In this document: one piece after another, positions 12,400 through 24,960 of the stretch | Position numbering within the stretch: the stretch's first letter is position 1 | Layout: the number at the start of each line of letters is the position of its first letter | Source of the DNA: Octopus bimaculoides | Lineage: Eukaryota | Direction: 5' to 3' | Length of the DNA stretch: 64,000 bases | Assembly (NCBI RefSeq): GCF_001194135.2 | Contig: NC_068982.1 | Location: forward strand, 6,283,617-6,347,616 | The notes under the pieces: generated by a model | Database searches by the model: none | What the model was told of the DNA's origin: nothing | Seen by the model: the letters and a program-made list of their open reading frames with translations, nothing else | Program-made: the position numbers and the translations under genes

Positions 12400-12697
12400 A
12401 ATGATTGGGATCCTAAAGTAAGAAGGGTGGGGGTTAGATAAGGATTAAGATTTTTGATAGAGATTCATAAGTTTGTAGGGGAATAACCTACGAGGTATTG
12501 TGGGAATATACTGTGTGGTTATTTAGGCATTTAGAATTGTGGTAAAATTTGAAAGTGTGAAAAAAGCGGTGGTTGCATGTGCTTAGGGCCTCATTATGTT
12601 TGTTTAGTAGTGTAGAAGAGTTGTGCTTTAAGATGTGGAGTGCCTCCTTCAGGCAAAGCTTACAGGTCGTGCGTTGACCTTGGTAAGGAAGCCTTTA
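12400..12697 (-). pseudogene. Penelope-like element GIY-YIG ORF C-terminus plus 3' UTR
   Basis: 12697->12542 translates RLPYQGQRTTCKLCLKEALHILKHNSSTLLNKHNEALSTCNHRFFHTF, matching the PLE C-terminal pattern PY..CxLCLxE..LLNKRxE..CxH. Confidence 0.8.
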
Positions 12698-14055
12698 TCG
12701 TTATTATTATAATCGAGGATAAGACCTATATAGGATTTTATCAAGTAGCGAGCATGTAAAACCTTTTAGGTAGAAATTTAAACAGAGTATATAATTTTTT
12801 ATGATAATTATAGTAAGGGCAACTACGGGGTAGTGCCACATGCTAGAAGAAGATGTCAAATGAATCTAAAACTACTTTATTTATCACACAGACACGGCCT
12901 GAAAGCGTAGGAAATGAACGAAAAAGAATTTTTTAATAAAAGTTTAGCCATAGATCAATTGATTTCTAGTTTAGGGATATAATTTCATATGTGATAAATA
13001 AAGTAGTTTTAGAGTCATTTGATATCTTCTAGCATGTGGCTCTACCATGTAGTTGCACTTATTATAATTATTATAAAAGATTATATACTCTATAACTCTG
13101 TATATATATATATATATATATATCTTTGTGCGTGTGTGTGTGTGTGTGTGTGTTTGTACATGCATATATGTGTGTGTGTTAGTGTGCGTGTGCATGTATT
13201 TTTCTGAGATGTATATGATATGCAACTACAAAGAAATGTTGAAGAGTGAGAGGAAGAGGAAAAGAAGATGTGAAAGAGAGAGAAAGTGGAAGCGGAGTCA
13301 ATTGAAAAGTTCTTGCAAGTATATCTGTCAATATAGGTTAGAGAACTGATTCCATAGTTGTTCTAGCCGAACTTTTTGCTCAGTTACCTCTGGTCTCGAT
13401 CAACTGATTAATATCGAAATACAATTGGATTCCATTAAACTCAGGTGGCAAGTCCAAATGTCAGCTCATTTTGCCAAACAAAATCAATGCCTGCTCAATA
13501 TATTGCAACCAGTCGAAGCATTCTATCTCACACCGAAAATAGCATCAGAACCGAAGCGAAATCGAAAATAAAGAGAACGTCAAAACTATAGACGTAAACA
13601 TCAATACCAATAACAATAAAAACAACCACATTGATAGATTATTTCAGCAATAATAAAACAGAAAGTTTCCAAAATACACAAAGTAAGAAACGGTAAAAGA
13701 GAAACTACGAAATTATGTAAGGAAAAAAAAATATATGAGGAATAAAATATTTCAGAGAGCTGTCACGTTTCACATTTATATTGTCAATATGTCAAATTAA
13801 TAAATTGTTTTAGACAAATCCGCTTTTTTTTTATTTTTAATATTTTATCCTCTTCTTACTAAAATGCTAAATTAATTCGATTGTCACAGCTTCGAAATTA
13901 TAACAGAAAGAAAATAAATTCCCTTCAAGCTACCTACATATCTGTATGTATACATAGATAAGACTACATAATGAGCCTAGCAAGTTACCCAACTGCAAAC
14001 ATATACAGATAACTCTATATTCTTACTTACCTACACGCACATTTACGTACCCACC

Positions 14056-14101
<46 letters not shown>

Positions 14102-14938
14102 TAGATAGATAGATAGGCAGATGTGTACTATATATATGCTTACACCTACAAATGTACTTATCAACTTATCTATTAGATATTGGCTCCTTTATTTTGTTTA
14201 TACATTAACATTACTATCGTTAAGCTTCGGGTTACATTATTAAATTTTTAAGCAATAAACTTAAAGTGTTGAACGTTTCGGGGCAAAGCCACAGGACATT
14301 AATTTCACAGATTCAATCCTCCGACGGAGCAGCTAGAAACTGAGAGGATTTTCTTAAGCTTAGACTGTCATTCTACTGAATACGAGTCATATCAATTTCA
14401 GTCGAGCAGCTTTCTTCATTTAAATGTTTGATCATAAATAATGCAGCGCATTCCATTATCGAGAAGAGCTGCCTCTTTAACCCCACCTGCGGGCGAACTA
14501 TCTCTCCCGTATCTCTAATATATGAAGAAACTTCTAATACTCACTTCGATATCAACGATGCTGTGTAGATGATATCACGCGTTATTTCATGTTACCTTTA
14601 CACAGTCTTACGTCATCCGTACGCAACCCAGACAACGCTAACCTGCACTACCCTTATGAACGGGAAGGGAATCTCCAAAGCAAATATCCTCTATTCGTAA
14701 CTGTGAAGGCAGTGTCTTTGAAAAGCAACACTGTTGCTTCAAATATCAAAGAAAAGTGTTTCCCCCGCACCAACACAACACAACTTCAATACACAAATAA
14801 CATCCTTAAAGTTGCTACAAATACTTGATTTCACACTATCTGATGTTCTCTCGTAGGCTTTTTACACACATATCATTGCCGTAAATGCCGTACAAATATT
14901 GTTTCCTTTCCAGTGTCAGAAAACATGTGCTACATACA

Positions 14939-14972
<34 letters not shown>

Positions 14973-15154
14973 TANNNNNNNNNNNNNNNNNNNNNNNNNN
15001 NNNNNNNNNNNNNNNNNNNNNNNNNNNNNNNNNNNNNNNNNNNNNNNNNNNNNNNNNNNNNNNNNNNNNNNNNNNNNNNNNNNNNNNNNNNNNNNNNNNN
15101 NNNNNNNNNNNNNNNNNNNNNNNNNNNNNNNNNNNNNNNNNNNNNNNNNNNNNN

Positions 15155-15209
<55 letters not shown>

Positions 15210-15469
15210 CACCAGATAATTCTTAAATCATAGAAGGACCTTTGATTTCTATGTAAAGGTTTGCAAGTGGCAGCAGAGCAAGAGAATTCTCAGTTATAAT
15301 ATTCGGAACGTGTTAACGCTGCAGAAAAAGGATGTCAACAAAGGGCTCTTTTAAGATAATTTCCAATTCTTAAGTCAGTTAAATTCAGAGTCTAATATTT
15401 TACACAAGGCGTTAGCAAAGAGATTAGCGCTTATCATCGTTGTTTTGGTCGAGGAAGTAGATACTCGTG

Positions 15470-16370
15470 TGTTCTCCAGTAGATCCATCTAATTCGATGC
15501 ATTATGCAGGAAGCAGGTAACGAACCTGGCACTTGTCAGTCGAAAGATTTTGCCAGGGTCCACCATCGCTACTTGACAGCTGTCCTAGAAGCAATCGAAT
15601 TCGAACTCGTTTCAAAAGGCTGAATCACTGCAATATACAGCGGTACTTGCTGAGTGGTCAAAGCGAACGTGCAAATGGGCGGAAATGAAGCTGTTACTGA
15701 AAGATGGACTGGGCCTCGATGAGCGTGCGACATCTCCAACGCTTCTTTCAGGTGTAGTTGCCGTTTGTCAGTCTCACATTTTCACAGCTGATCTCTTTGA
15801 CAAAATTGCAGACCTAGATCCAGTTGTAGATTGAAGCAGGGCACTTGATTCATAGACTATAACCAGGCGCCCATATCCCACTGCTCCACCATAGCGTTTT
15901 ATAGGGGATTAGTGACAAGCAAGTGTAGAGATATCCTTAGAGAGATTCGGAGCGTTGACAAAAATTAAATGGCTTGTCTGTCCCGGGGGAATTTCGGTCC
16001 AGATCCCACATCTGATTTCCAGAAATCCTTAATCTGTCAGTTCTACTGGCATGGTAGTGTCGACAGCCGGGATGCATGCACAAGACAGAACTTCCCTGCA
16101 CTTGTTTGAACAGGGCCTGAACATTGCTGATTTATGAAGTTAATGCCGAACATTTGTCTCTCGCGCGCCAAATGGGTCCATCTATCGGCCGCTTCCAGTT
16201 TTTGTAGGTCGCATCACCACCTTCCTTTGGTCGCAAAAGACAGGCAGCTTTCGTCTGTCTCTCTGGTAGCTATGGCAAAAGAGAACGTGTGGTAGATATG
16301 ACACAAAGAACTCAAAAGTGACATTGTCTTCTTCGACCAATGTAATCGTCTATCCGATTCTTCCCACCAC
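15470..16370 (+). pseudogene. Tx1/L1-clade LINE ORF2 remnant with internal deletions
   Basis: QSKDFARVHHRYLTAVLEAIEF..G*ITAIYSG (RT motif KAFDRVDH), then LKDGLG, RHLQRF..FSQLISLTKLQT, FQKSLICQFY and LVAMAKENVW. Confidence 0.75.
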
Positions 16371-16424
16371 CACAAATTGTTGAACTTTAGCGAAAATTTG
16401 AAAGAAATCTTATTATTATTATTG

Positions 16425-16645
16425 AGGCGGCGAGCAGTCAGAAACGTTAGTGAATGGAACAAAATGCCTAGCGGCATATCTTCGAGCGTTCTACGTTTGG
16501 CGTTCAAACACATCCGAGGTTAATATTTTGCTGTTCACTCTTTTGCAGTCAATAAAATAAAGTGCCAGTCGAGTACTGAGGTCGACGTTAACGATTATTC
16601 CCCTCCTCCTAGAATTGCTGATCTCGTGCCAAAGTTTGATACCAT
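16425..16645 (+). mobile_element. SINE family A (older)
   Basis: Diverged family A copy inserted after (TTA)n at the end of the Tx1 remnant. Confidence 0.8.
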
Positions 16646-17978
16646 TTTTATTTTTATTATCATCACCATCAGCGCTATGGCTGATGTTGTTGCCGATAAT
16701 TTTGAATGTTTTCTTCCACGTTCGATTAGTGTAAATATTGATTTATCGCAAACTTATTTATGAAATTTTTCTTCAAAGTGTCAGTTAACATGAATTCAAT
16801 AATTCACGTTAAGAAAGTTGAGATGAATTTAAAATTTATATCCATAAGCGACAGCGAGGTTTTCTATGTAATAATGGAAGTGGCATGGACATTCTTAGTT
16901 CTTAAATAAACAAGACCTTCTACCGGGTGTACAGAGAGCGCTAGAAGAGTTCACGGACACTATAAATATATAGATATGTGTACATACATATATACATACA
17001 TCCATACCTACCTACCTACATACATACATGCATACATACATACATATTAATTCTTTCTGTTTCCTCGCTTACTGTTATTTATCAGTTATCTTGGTGCTTT
17101 ACGGTGGCTTAATTAAGACTTTAGCTCTTATTTCTAGCAGGTTGACGCTTTTCACCATCCTTACGCTTCGTGCAAATTCTGTATATTATAACTAAATAAT
17201 GCTATTTGCCTGCCAACCACCTATGTTACTAGTGTTGATACCATCAATTTTAGATTTTATCCAGAGATGATATTAACAGTATTGACATCTTAGTTCAAAC
17301 CTTAGTGGTTGAATGGTTTGTTTATATATGTGTGTGTGTATACGTACATACACACACATATTAATGCTTATTAATTTTACGTTAATCTTAAGGTCACTCC
17401 ATACTTTTGCAGAGTACAAATATGATATTCTTTGAAAAGAATTGTAATGATAGTGACTTGAAGGTTCCACCAGCTGAACCTTATCATCGAACGCATAAAT
17501 TAACCTTGGTTTTATATGGTATCTGTTGATATCGCTCTCTGAAAAACGATTTTTGCAACAAACTTTGATATAATTGTAATGCATACCTTATGAAAAATAT
17601 TGGTAGAAAATGTTATAAACTTTTCAGAACGGTATGAGGAAACAAAGTCGGGTGGAGGGGGTCATAATTCAACAGTTATGCAGTATTCTGAAGTTATGCA
17701 GTATAGACAGATACGTTATAAAATGCTATCGTGCAGTGCAATAAAACTAACTTGCAGTGAAATTATATTATTTTTCTGATTAAGTTCTGTAGTTGAAATC
17801 TTCAGCAAGAGAATTTACGCTTTAAGCTACATTGAAAGACATATTTTAATAAAATTATATAAAAATTGGAATTTCTAAGAATTTTCTTGACAGTGTACAC
17901 ATAATTATAGAACACATGTAACACCAACCAGATGTGTTAAGAGCTGCTTCATTTCGTTCGTTTACTCACGCGTACGTA

Positions 17979-18046
<68 letters not shown>

Positions 18047-18169
18047 TGTATCTGTGTCCGCACGCGCAAGTATGTTTAGGTGTGGCGATGACACGAGCTG
18101 AAAAATCGAAATCAAAATATGAGTAAATACACGCACACAAACACATACACCCACATGTATATGCATACT

Positions 18170-18523
18170 CGGCATAAACTCTTGGTCCTTTAGTCACTTT
18201 GTAACTTCTGTCAATTAAATGTCTTGTGTATACCTACATCCATCCATCCATCCACACACACACACACACATACACACACACACACACACACACGCATACA
18301 AACACACATATATAACGGCATAAACTCGCGTTCTTTTAGTCACTTTGTTACTTGTGAATTAAATGTCTTGTGTGTATACCTACATACATCCACACATACA
18401 TACATACATGCATACATACATACACACACACATACACACACACACACACACGCACATATATATAACGGCATAAACTCTCGGCCCTTGAGTCACTTTGTAA
18501 CTACTGCCGATTAAATGTCTTGT
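18170..18523 (+). repeat. Three ~57-bp units separated by (CA/TACA)n spacers
   Basis: CGGCATAAACTC..AGTCACTTTGT..ATTAAATGTCTTGT at 18170, 18316 and 18466. Confidence 0.9.
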
Positions 18524-18553
18524 ACATATNNNNNNNNNNGTCTTGTACATATA

Positions 18554-18610
<57 letters not shown>

Positions 18611-18959
18611 GTGTGTGTGTGTGTGTGTGTGCGTGTATGTGTGTGTGTGTGTGCATGTGTCTGTGTCTGTGTTCGAGTAATTAGAGCATTATGATACCTC
18701 AATTCATTAATACTAGATTCGAAGAACAATTGACTGGAAATCTATAAACCAATGAAATCATAATAAGTATAAATTTGAATGCCTGGCGTATAGGAGCAAT
18801 GTTTTACTGTGGTCGGCGAGAATTTATGAGAGGTGTTTGTATTAACCTACTCTTTTAGTTGGTAACATCTCGCTAATTCAGATTTCAGAATATAGGTATA
18901 GCAGTTGAGTTGAACACGATACTAAGTAAGAAGATGAATCTTAATGAATTAACGCCCAA

Positions 18960-19198
18960 TTAGAGTAAAGATTATTTGCCAACATAACATGGCAGTTCTG
19001 GTTTAGGACCAATGTTGCTGTAATTTAGCCCCACAAGACATCGCCTCCAGCTGGTTATATGACACGATTTGTACCCTTATATTTTCGAACAAGGGAATCT
19101 AGCACCCCCACTCTTTGAGTTAAGTGGGGTTAAATTACAGCAACATTCGTCCTGAACCAGGACTGCCGTGTTATGTTTGCAAATAATCTTTACTCCAA
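18960..19198. repeat. 74-bp inverted repeat pair with ~90-bp spacer
   Basis: 18960-19033 versus the reverse complement of 19125-19198, about 90% identical by eye. Confidence 0.9.
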
Positions 19199-21078
19199 AG
19201 TATTGCTGCTGAATATCTCTCGTTGTGAGATTTGCAAATAGTAATTTTCTAACGCCCAATTAGATTATTGTAACCAGTCAGAAATTTATATACTCTAGAA
19301 AAACGCTAAGAAGGCCACTGAAATTTTCTTAGATTTCTTATTGGTGACCGGGTTTTAAGCGACCTTGTGTAATCCCATCGACCTGGTGCCATATTCGACT
19401 ATTATTCTTTCACGAAAAATGCCTTGATATCTTTTTTGTAATGGAAGGAGAAACCAAAGCCTCCTACAACACACAGCTAATTCATCAATTAACGTATCAG
19501 CTTTTTTCCGTTGACAATATTTCTGAATTAATGAGATTTTTATATGAGAATAAAACGAGAAAGCTAGCACCAAACTATAAATTAACAACAAGCACCTTGC
19601 ATTATAATCATCGTTTGTGTATTCATTTAATCAGAAAAAGATCTTTTTTAATCGTAATGTTTCATGTTTTTTTTTCAAATATTATTTACTATTTCTGCAT
19701 AATGTTTCAAAAGTTTTAGTGTTGTAAAACAAGGAATAAGTACAGAGCAGCGTGGTAGTTACAATTTCCGGTTGCAGATATTTCAGTTCATTTCTCCACC
19801 AACCAATGTGATGCATATATACACCTCAAAGTCTAGAATATATATAAACTTTATGTGTATGTGCGTTAACGTATGTGTACATGCATACATACAGTGATTA
19901 AAATCATTGTGCATTTCTTCTGCGGACCAGTTTGGATTCTTAACAGAAATTATTTCTCTTCAAGTGAAAAATGCATGCATGTCACAAATCTCATTTCCTT
20001 TCTCTTTATTTTTAATATTTTATTTGATCTTTTGGGAAACTTAATTTTTCCCATTTATAATACTTGTTTATATTTGAATAACTTACGTAGCATATTTCTG
20101 AAACTCTTTTAGTAATAAATTCTGTTAGTTGTAGAAGATACTAATTTTTTTTTATATAGTTAAGCATAATTAATTCCACCAGCAGTGGTTTGTATACAGA
20201 TTTCGTTTTATCAAGATTTTGTTACGGGAAGACAGTAATTTGACACAAATAGCAAAATGTTCATCAACGCTGGTCTTCCCAAACATTTTGTACTGCTATC
20301 TTCTTCTTCTTCTTCTTCTTCTTAAAAAAAAAATGGGTACACACGTTTTTATTCAAATCAACCGTTTGCAATTTTTGCTTTGAAAAAGCAGACGCACTAT
20401 AATCTACTTTAGAAAATTGTTTTCCAAATTTCTCTTGAGACAATTGATTTGTCTAAGAAATGCCTAATTCAGGCAAACTAAATAATATAGATTTTTATTC
20501 GGGAAATAGGCAACTAAGAGTGAAAGGAAAATATTCGCATATATTTAATAGTAATAAATACGTATTTTGTTGTTCAACAAAAATAATTCGGTAGTTTTTT
20601 TTTTTCAGCCAAGAATTCCAATAAATAAGAGACATCAGTAGGTATTCATTTTTAAAAATTCAAATTCAAAATCAATGTTGTTATTATAGAATATTCGAAA
20701 AAATAATAGAAAAATTATACCGAAACTTTTTTCTTAAAATAAAAATAAAAAATTAACTCAAAAGTATTGTTTCTCTGGAGAGAAATCGAATTCAAAATTA
20801 GCGTTAATATAAAATATTGAAGAAAATCTTTTTTCCTCCGGCAAAAATAGTGCCGAAATTCGAAGGAGCCCTGATAAATGTTTTAGTAAAACGATGAAAA
20901 CTAACGAATATAACTAGTAAAGGCGTCGAGCATGCTGATGATTGCTCCATCATTGTTGCATTCTATCATAAGTTGCTTAAGTTCAATCACCATTACAGAA
21001 CCATGTCCTTCATGAAAGTTTTGAAAGGATCTCATCAGTTTATTCTTCTATGAGTTTGTTTCCAGATGACGACTCATC

Positions 21079-21307
21079 TTATTTCTCTATTGCCCACAAG
21101 GGGCTAAACATAGAGGGGACAAACAAGGACAGACAAAGGGATTAAGTCGATTGCATCGACCCCAGTGTGTAACTGGTATTTAATTTATCGACCCCGAAAG
21201 GATGAAAGGCAAAGTCGACCTCGGCGGAATTTGAATTCAGAACATAAAGACAGACGAAATACCGCAAAGCATTTCGCCCAGCATGCAAACATTTCTGCCA
21301 GCTCGCC
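21079..21307 (-). mobile_element. SINE family A (tail type 1)
   Basis: Reverse complement closely matches 10690-10923. Confidence 0.92.
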
Positions 21308-21567
21308 TACTCGTCTGGTAGGCAACTCTGCGTATTTCAGACACTCTGGCAAACTGCAGTCGTTTTCTTGCTATCATTTTGGTCAACTGAGAATGATCGA
21401 CGTCCAGTTTCAAATCGTTTGCTTTCTGTACGCAACTGACGCTCGAGGGCTTCCTGAGTTCTGAAGGGAACCATGCGTTTAATGAAATACCAAGTTCTGC
21501 ATAAGTAGAATACGACAGTCTCAATTGCTGCTATCAAGGTTCTCTTCTTGATTTGTCCTTTTTTTTT

Positions 21568-21956
21568 TTACTTATTTCAGTCATTTTGACTGCGGCCATG
21601 CTGGAGCACCACCTTTTTAGTCGAGCAAATCGACCCCAGTGCTTATTCTTTATAAGCCTAGTACCTATTCTATCGTTCTCTTTTACCGAACCGCTAAGTT
21701 ACGGGGACGTAAACACACCAGCATCGGTTGTCAAGCGATGTTGGACACACACACACACACACAAACATATACACACACGTACATATATAAATATACGACG
21801 GGCTTCTTTCAGTTTCCGTATACCAAATCTACTCACAAAGCTTTGGTCGACCTGAGGCTATAGTAGAATACACTTGCCCAAGGTGCCACGCAGTGGGACT
21901 GAACCCGGAACCATGTGGTTGGTAAGCAAGCTACTTACCACACAGCCACTCCTGCG
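21568..21956 (-). mobile_element. tRNA-derived SINE, family B (internal microsatellite)
   Basis: Reverse complement of GCAGGAGTGGCTGTGTGGTAAGTAGCTTGC..GGGTTCAGTCCC..(TA/TG)n..CCAGCATGGCCGCAGTC. Confidence 0.92.
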
Positions 21957-22396
21957 CTTGTGAAATTAAGCTAAATATTTTACAATCAAAACCTTAGAGT
22001 TCACTGAATCCTGGTCTCATTGTGTCGACTTTTCTCTCATTCTTCCGTCATCGATTAAAGAAGACGCAGCAGTATATTATTGATTTCTAACCTCGGTAGG
22101 TCAGACATTCTATAAAATAAATGAGTCTTTTAAACCAAATCCAGTACTTGGCAGGCATTTATTTTAACCCCAGTGGTGTTATGTAAACACAAAATGTTAA
22201 AGGATGGAACTGAACACCACAAGGTATTTAATCTATCACTCTACCACTCCGCTCCTGTAAAAAATGGATGTATTACAACCTATCACTTTTATGATAACCA
22301 GTTGAGCATCGAAGTCGGTTTCGGCTCATCAGGATTCCTCCTCACGTAAAACTGGTCTGTGTGAGTAGATTGAATTTCAGTATTACTGTATGAAAG

Positions 22397-22651
22397 ACTG
22401 TGCAGCACTGTCTAAACTGTGCAGCACTGTCTAAACTGTGCAGCACTGTCTAAACTGTGCAACACTGTCTAAACTGTGCAACACTGTCTAAACTGTGCAG
22501 CACTGTCTAAACTGTGCAACACTGTCTAAACTGTGCAGCACTGTCTAAACTGTGCAGCACTGTCTAAACTGTGCAGCACTGTCTAAACTGTGCAACACTG
22601 TCTAAACTGTGCAGCACTGTCTAAACTGTGCAGCACTGTCTAAACTGTGCA
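22397..22651 (+). repeat. 19-bp minisatellite, ~13.4 copies
   Basis: Unit ACTGTGCA(G/A)CACTGTCTAA; variant order G,G,G,A,A,G,A,G,G,G,A,G,G. Confidence 0.98.
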
Positions 22652-23879
22652 AGCATTTGGAATCGTCGAAGAGGTAAGTAACTTAAACAATGCCTTTAGT
22701 TTGATTCGATTCTCTACTGCACCAGTCTTATTTACTACTTTGTGTGACTAGTATCTAAATCATACAATCTGTCAGCTACCAACTAATATTTAAACGATAG
22801 AAAGCACCGATATCTGAACCAGACAAGTGCTACATTATCAGCAAATAGGCTAATATCCTTACGCAAACGCAAATGCTCCATTATATATGAAATCAATGAA
22901 TTTAATTCTCAAAAAAGTTCCAAATTACCCAGATATAAAGAGGTGCCATATGACAGTAGTACATCAGTGTAGTAAAGATAAGAAGCATTAACAGTTTGGC
23001 AGTAGAATGTTCCTTTATGGAGATAAATGGCTTACATAATCTTTTTATTACACATAATAGATGTATTTGTAAATGCAGAAGTAGAAAAGACGAACAAGCT
23101 TTTTTTGTTTTATAAACTGAATTTGGTTCTAAGCCATCCTGAGAACTCCACGTAAATGCAAATGTATTGATAATTCTGATGCTAGGTCTTTCAGAAAACC
23201 CATCTTGTATCTACTCCAATTAAGATTAAATAAGTAAACACAATGTTTTTCCAAGTGTAGCCTGGAGAGTTATGCACTATATCGTATCAGGAACACTTGA
23301 AAACTTATCGATATTAGTACTCTATTATCGTTTAATAGACATTCATTTTCTATATTTGAAGAAAAACCACGTCGGCAAACGATTCACACTTCTTGTTTTA
23401 AAAGTAAGAAACAGCGAAACGCATTTCGAACATATATTTTGTCATAAAACATTACACAATAAGATTCCGATGAATGTTGTTTGTCTTTTATACATGTCAT
23501 ACCTTTTTAATAATACTGCAAGAAATTTGAAATAATTACGCAGTAACATTTCAAGTATAAATACTGAAAGCATTTACCATCACATATATTCAGTGCCCTC
23601 TTTACACACATACTAACAAGCACACATAATTTCCACATGAACAGTGACGTAGACCGCCTCTAAGAACCCACAGTACGGTAGACACCATATCCTCCCATAA
23701 TAAAATGGAGTGTTGGTGGAATGCTCCAGTGAAAACTTCAGTAAAATGTAAACACAATAGACCTAACAGTCACTCTCGACCCGCAAGCGCGAGAAAGGGC
23801 TACACTAATTTGGATCAGAAATCTCAAGTGTTTTGGAAATTATGTAACTCTTTAATTGTTTCAAATCCTACAATTTTCC

Positions 23880-24380
23880 TGTTAATCAATAAGGCTGTAT
23901 TTTCGGGGGATCTGTCCATATACCAGATTATAGGGAGAAAATCAGTTCCTAACTAATTGTGACAGAGAGGTGGTGTTTTACTTGTTTCCCGCTCTAAACT
24001 ATCTGAACGAGTGTATGTGGTGGATGTATCGACTCTTAAATGTATTTACGGTAACCCAACATCGTTCTAACACAATTATAGTGAGATACAATTCTTTAAT
24101 TAGGGTGCCTGAGGAGCTTTCTGATTATACATGACTGATGTTGGATAGGGCTGCCTTGTTGTATGTGAAAACAAGGAGCTAATGTTGCCCGAACACGAAT
24201 AACCGACATCAAGGTTATTGGTGTTGAAATCTTTGTAGTATTTATGTAGTTTTGAAATCAGGTCGGTCTAGAGATAGAAAAGTTTGGTCTGTATTTATAG
24301 CAACATTCATTTCGTCCACTATTTTTGATGTTGCACTGTGCCATTTACGCCCATATTCTATTCTCAATAAAATCATATCT
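23880..24380 (-). pseudogene. Penelope-like element RT-linker/GIY-YIG remnant
   Basis: Minus frames give LISKLHKYYKDFNTNNLDVGYSCSGNISSL and NTFKSRYIHHIHSFR..TTSLSQLV, resembling the PLE motifs FNxxxxKVSYSC and TFKxRYxxHxxSF..TxLS; contains stops. Confidence 0.65.
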
Positions 24381-24431
24381 TAATAGTATGGACTTATAAT
24401 AGTATGGACTTATAATAGTATGGACTTATAA
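24381..24431 (+). repeat. 16-bp tandem repeat, 3 copies
   Basis: TAATAGTATGGACTTA x3. Confidence 0.93.
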
Positions 24432-24559
24432 GAAACTATGTGCATAGTTTCTTAGTTTGATCCCAAATCATCTACAGGAAGCCAGAACACAACTTACGAT
24501 TGCATCAACAAATGTCAATCACTGAGAGATACCAAAAACCCGACGCAGCACTAAAAATT

Positions 24560-24960
24560 GTCGACCTCAGCCTCACCTGAGCGACTATGTTCAGAACTGA
24601 GAGGTGTGAGATTCTAAGACGCTCTACGGGGTTTTGGACGTTGTTAACAGTAATGAGAGAAACAGGGAGGACATAAAGGGTACTCTCTTGGAATATAAAG
24701 GAGAGGAATCTCTGTCAGGAGTTTCACTGTGGTACAGTAAAATTCAGACATTGATACACGATGTTCATTGTGGTATTCCTTCATCTACGGACAATATCCC
24801 CAGAACAGCAGTCTAGCAGATTATTACTCTTTACATGAATCCGCTCCAACCAGCTTGGAAGACATTGCACTGGTGAGGTTTGCTTGTAGTTGGTTCCAGA
24901 GTCTAATGTGATCTGTAAAATGTCACTAATGATGTCATCAGGAGAACAGCAATAGTGACT
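24560..24960 (-). pseudogene. Possible CR1/L2 AP-endonuclease remnant
   Basis: Raised GC; weak resemblance to LDLFLT..SSPLGSSDH near 24570-24660; heavily decayed. Confidence 0.3.

Noticed and set aside
13380-14830. Unique-looking region with a minus-strand GAG|GTAACT donor and a CRE-like TGACGTAA
   Set aside because: Short motifs are expected by chance; no ORF or other support.
22318-22332. Minus-strand CTGATGA-GCC-GAAAC, exact HHR core words
   Set aside because: Only 3 nt between the core segments, so stem II cannot form, and no stem I partner was found.
22397-22651. CRISPR-like appearance of the 19-bp array (also 18170-18523)
   Set aside because: No unique spacers, no cas genes, eukaryotic context.
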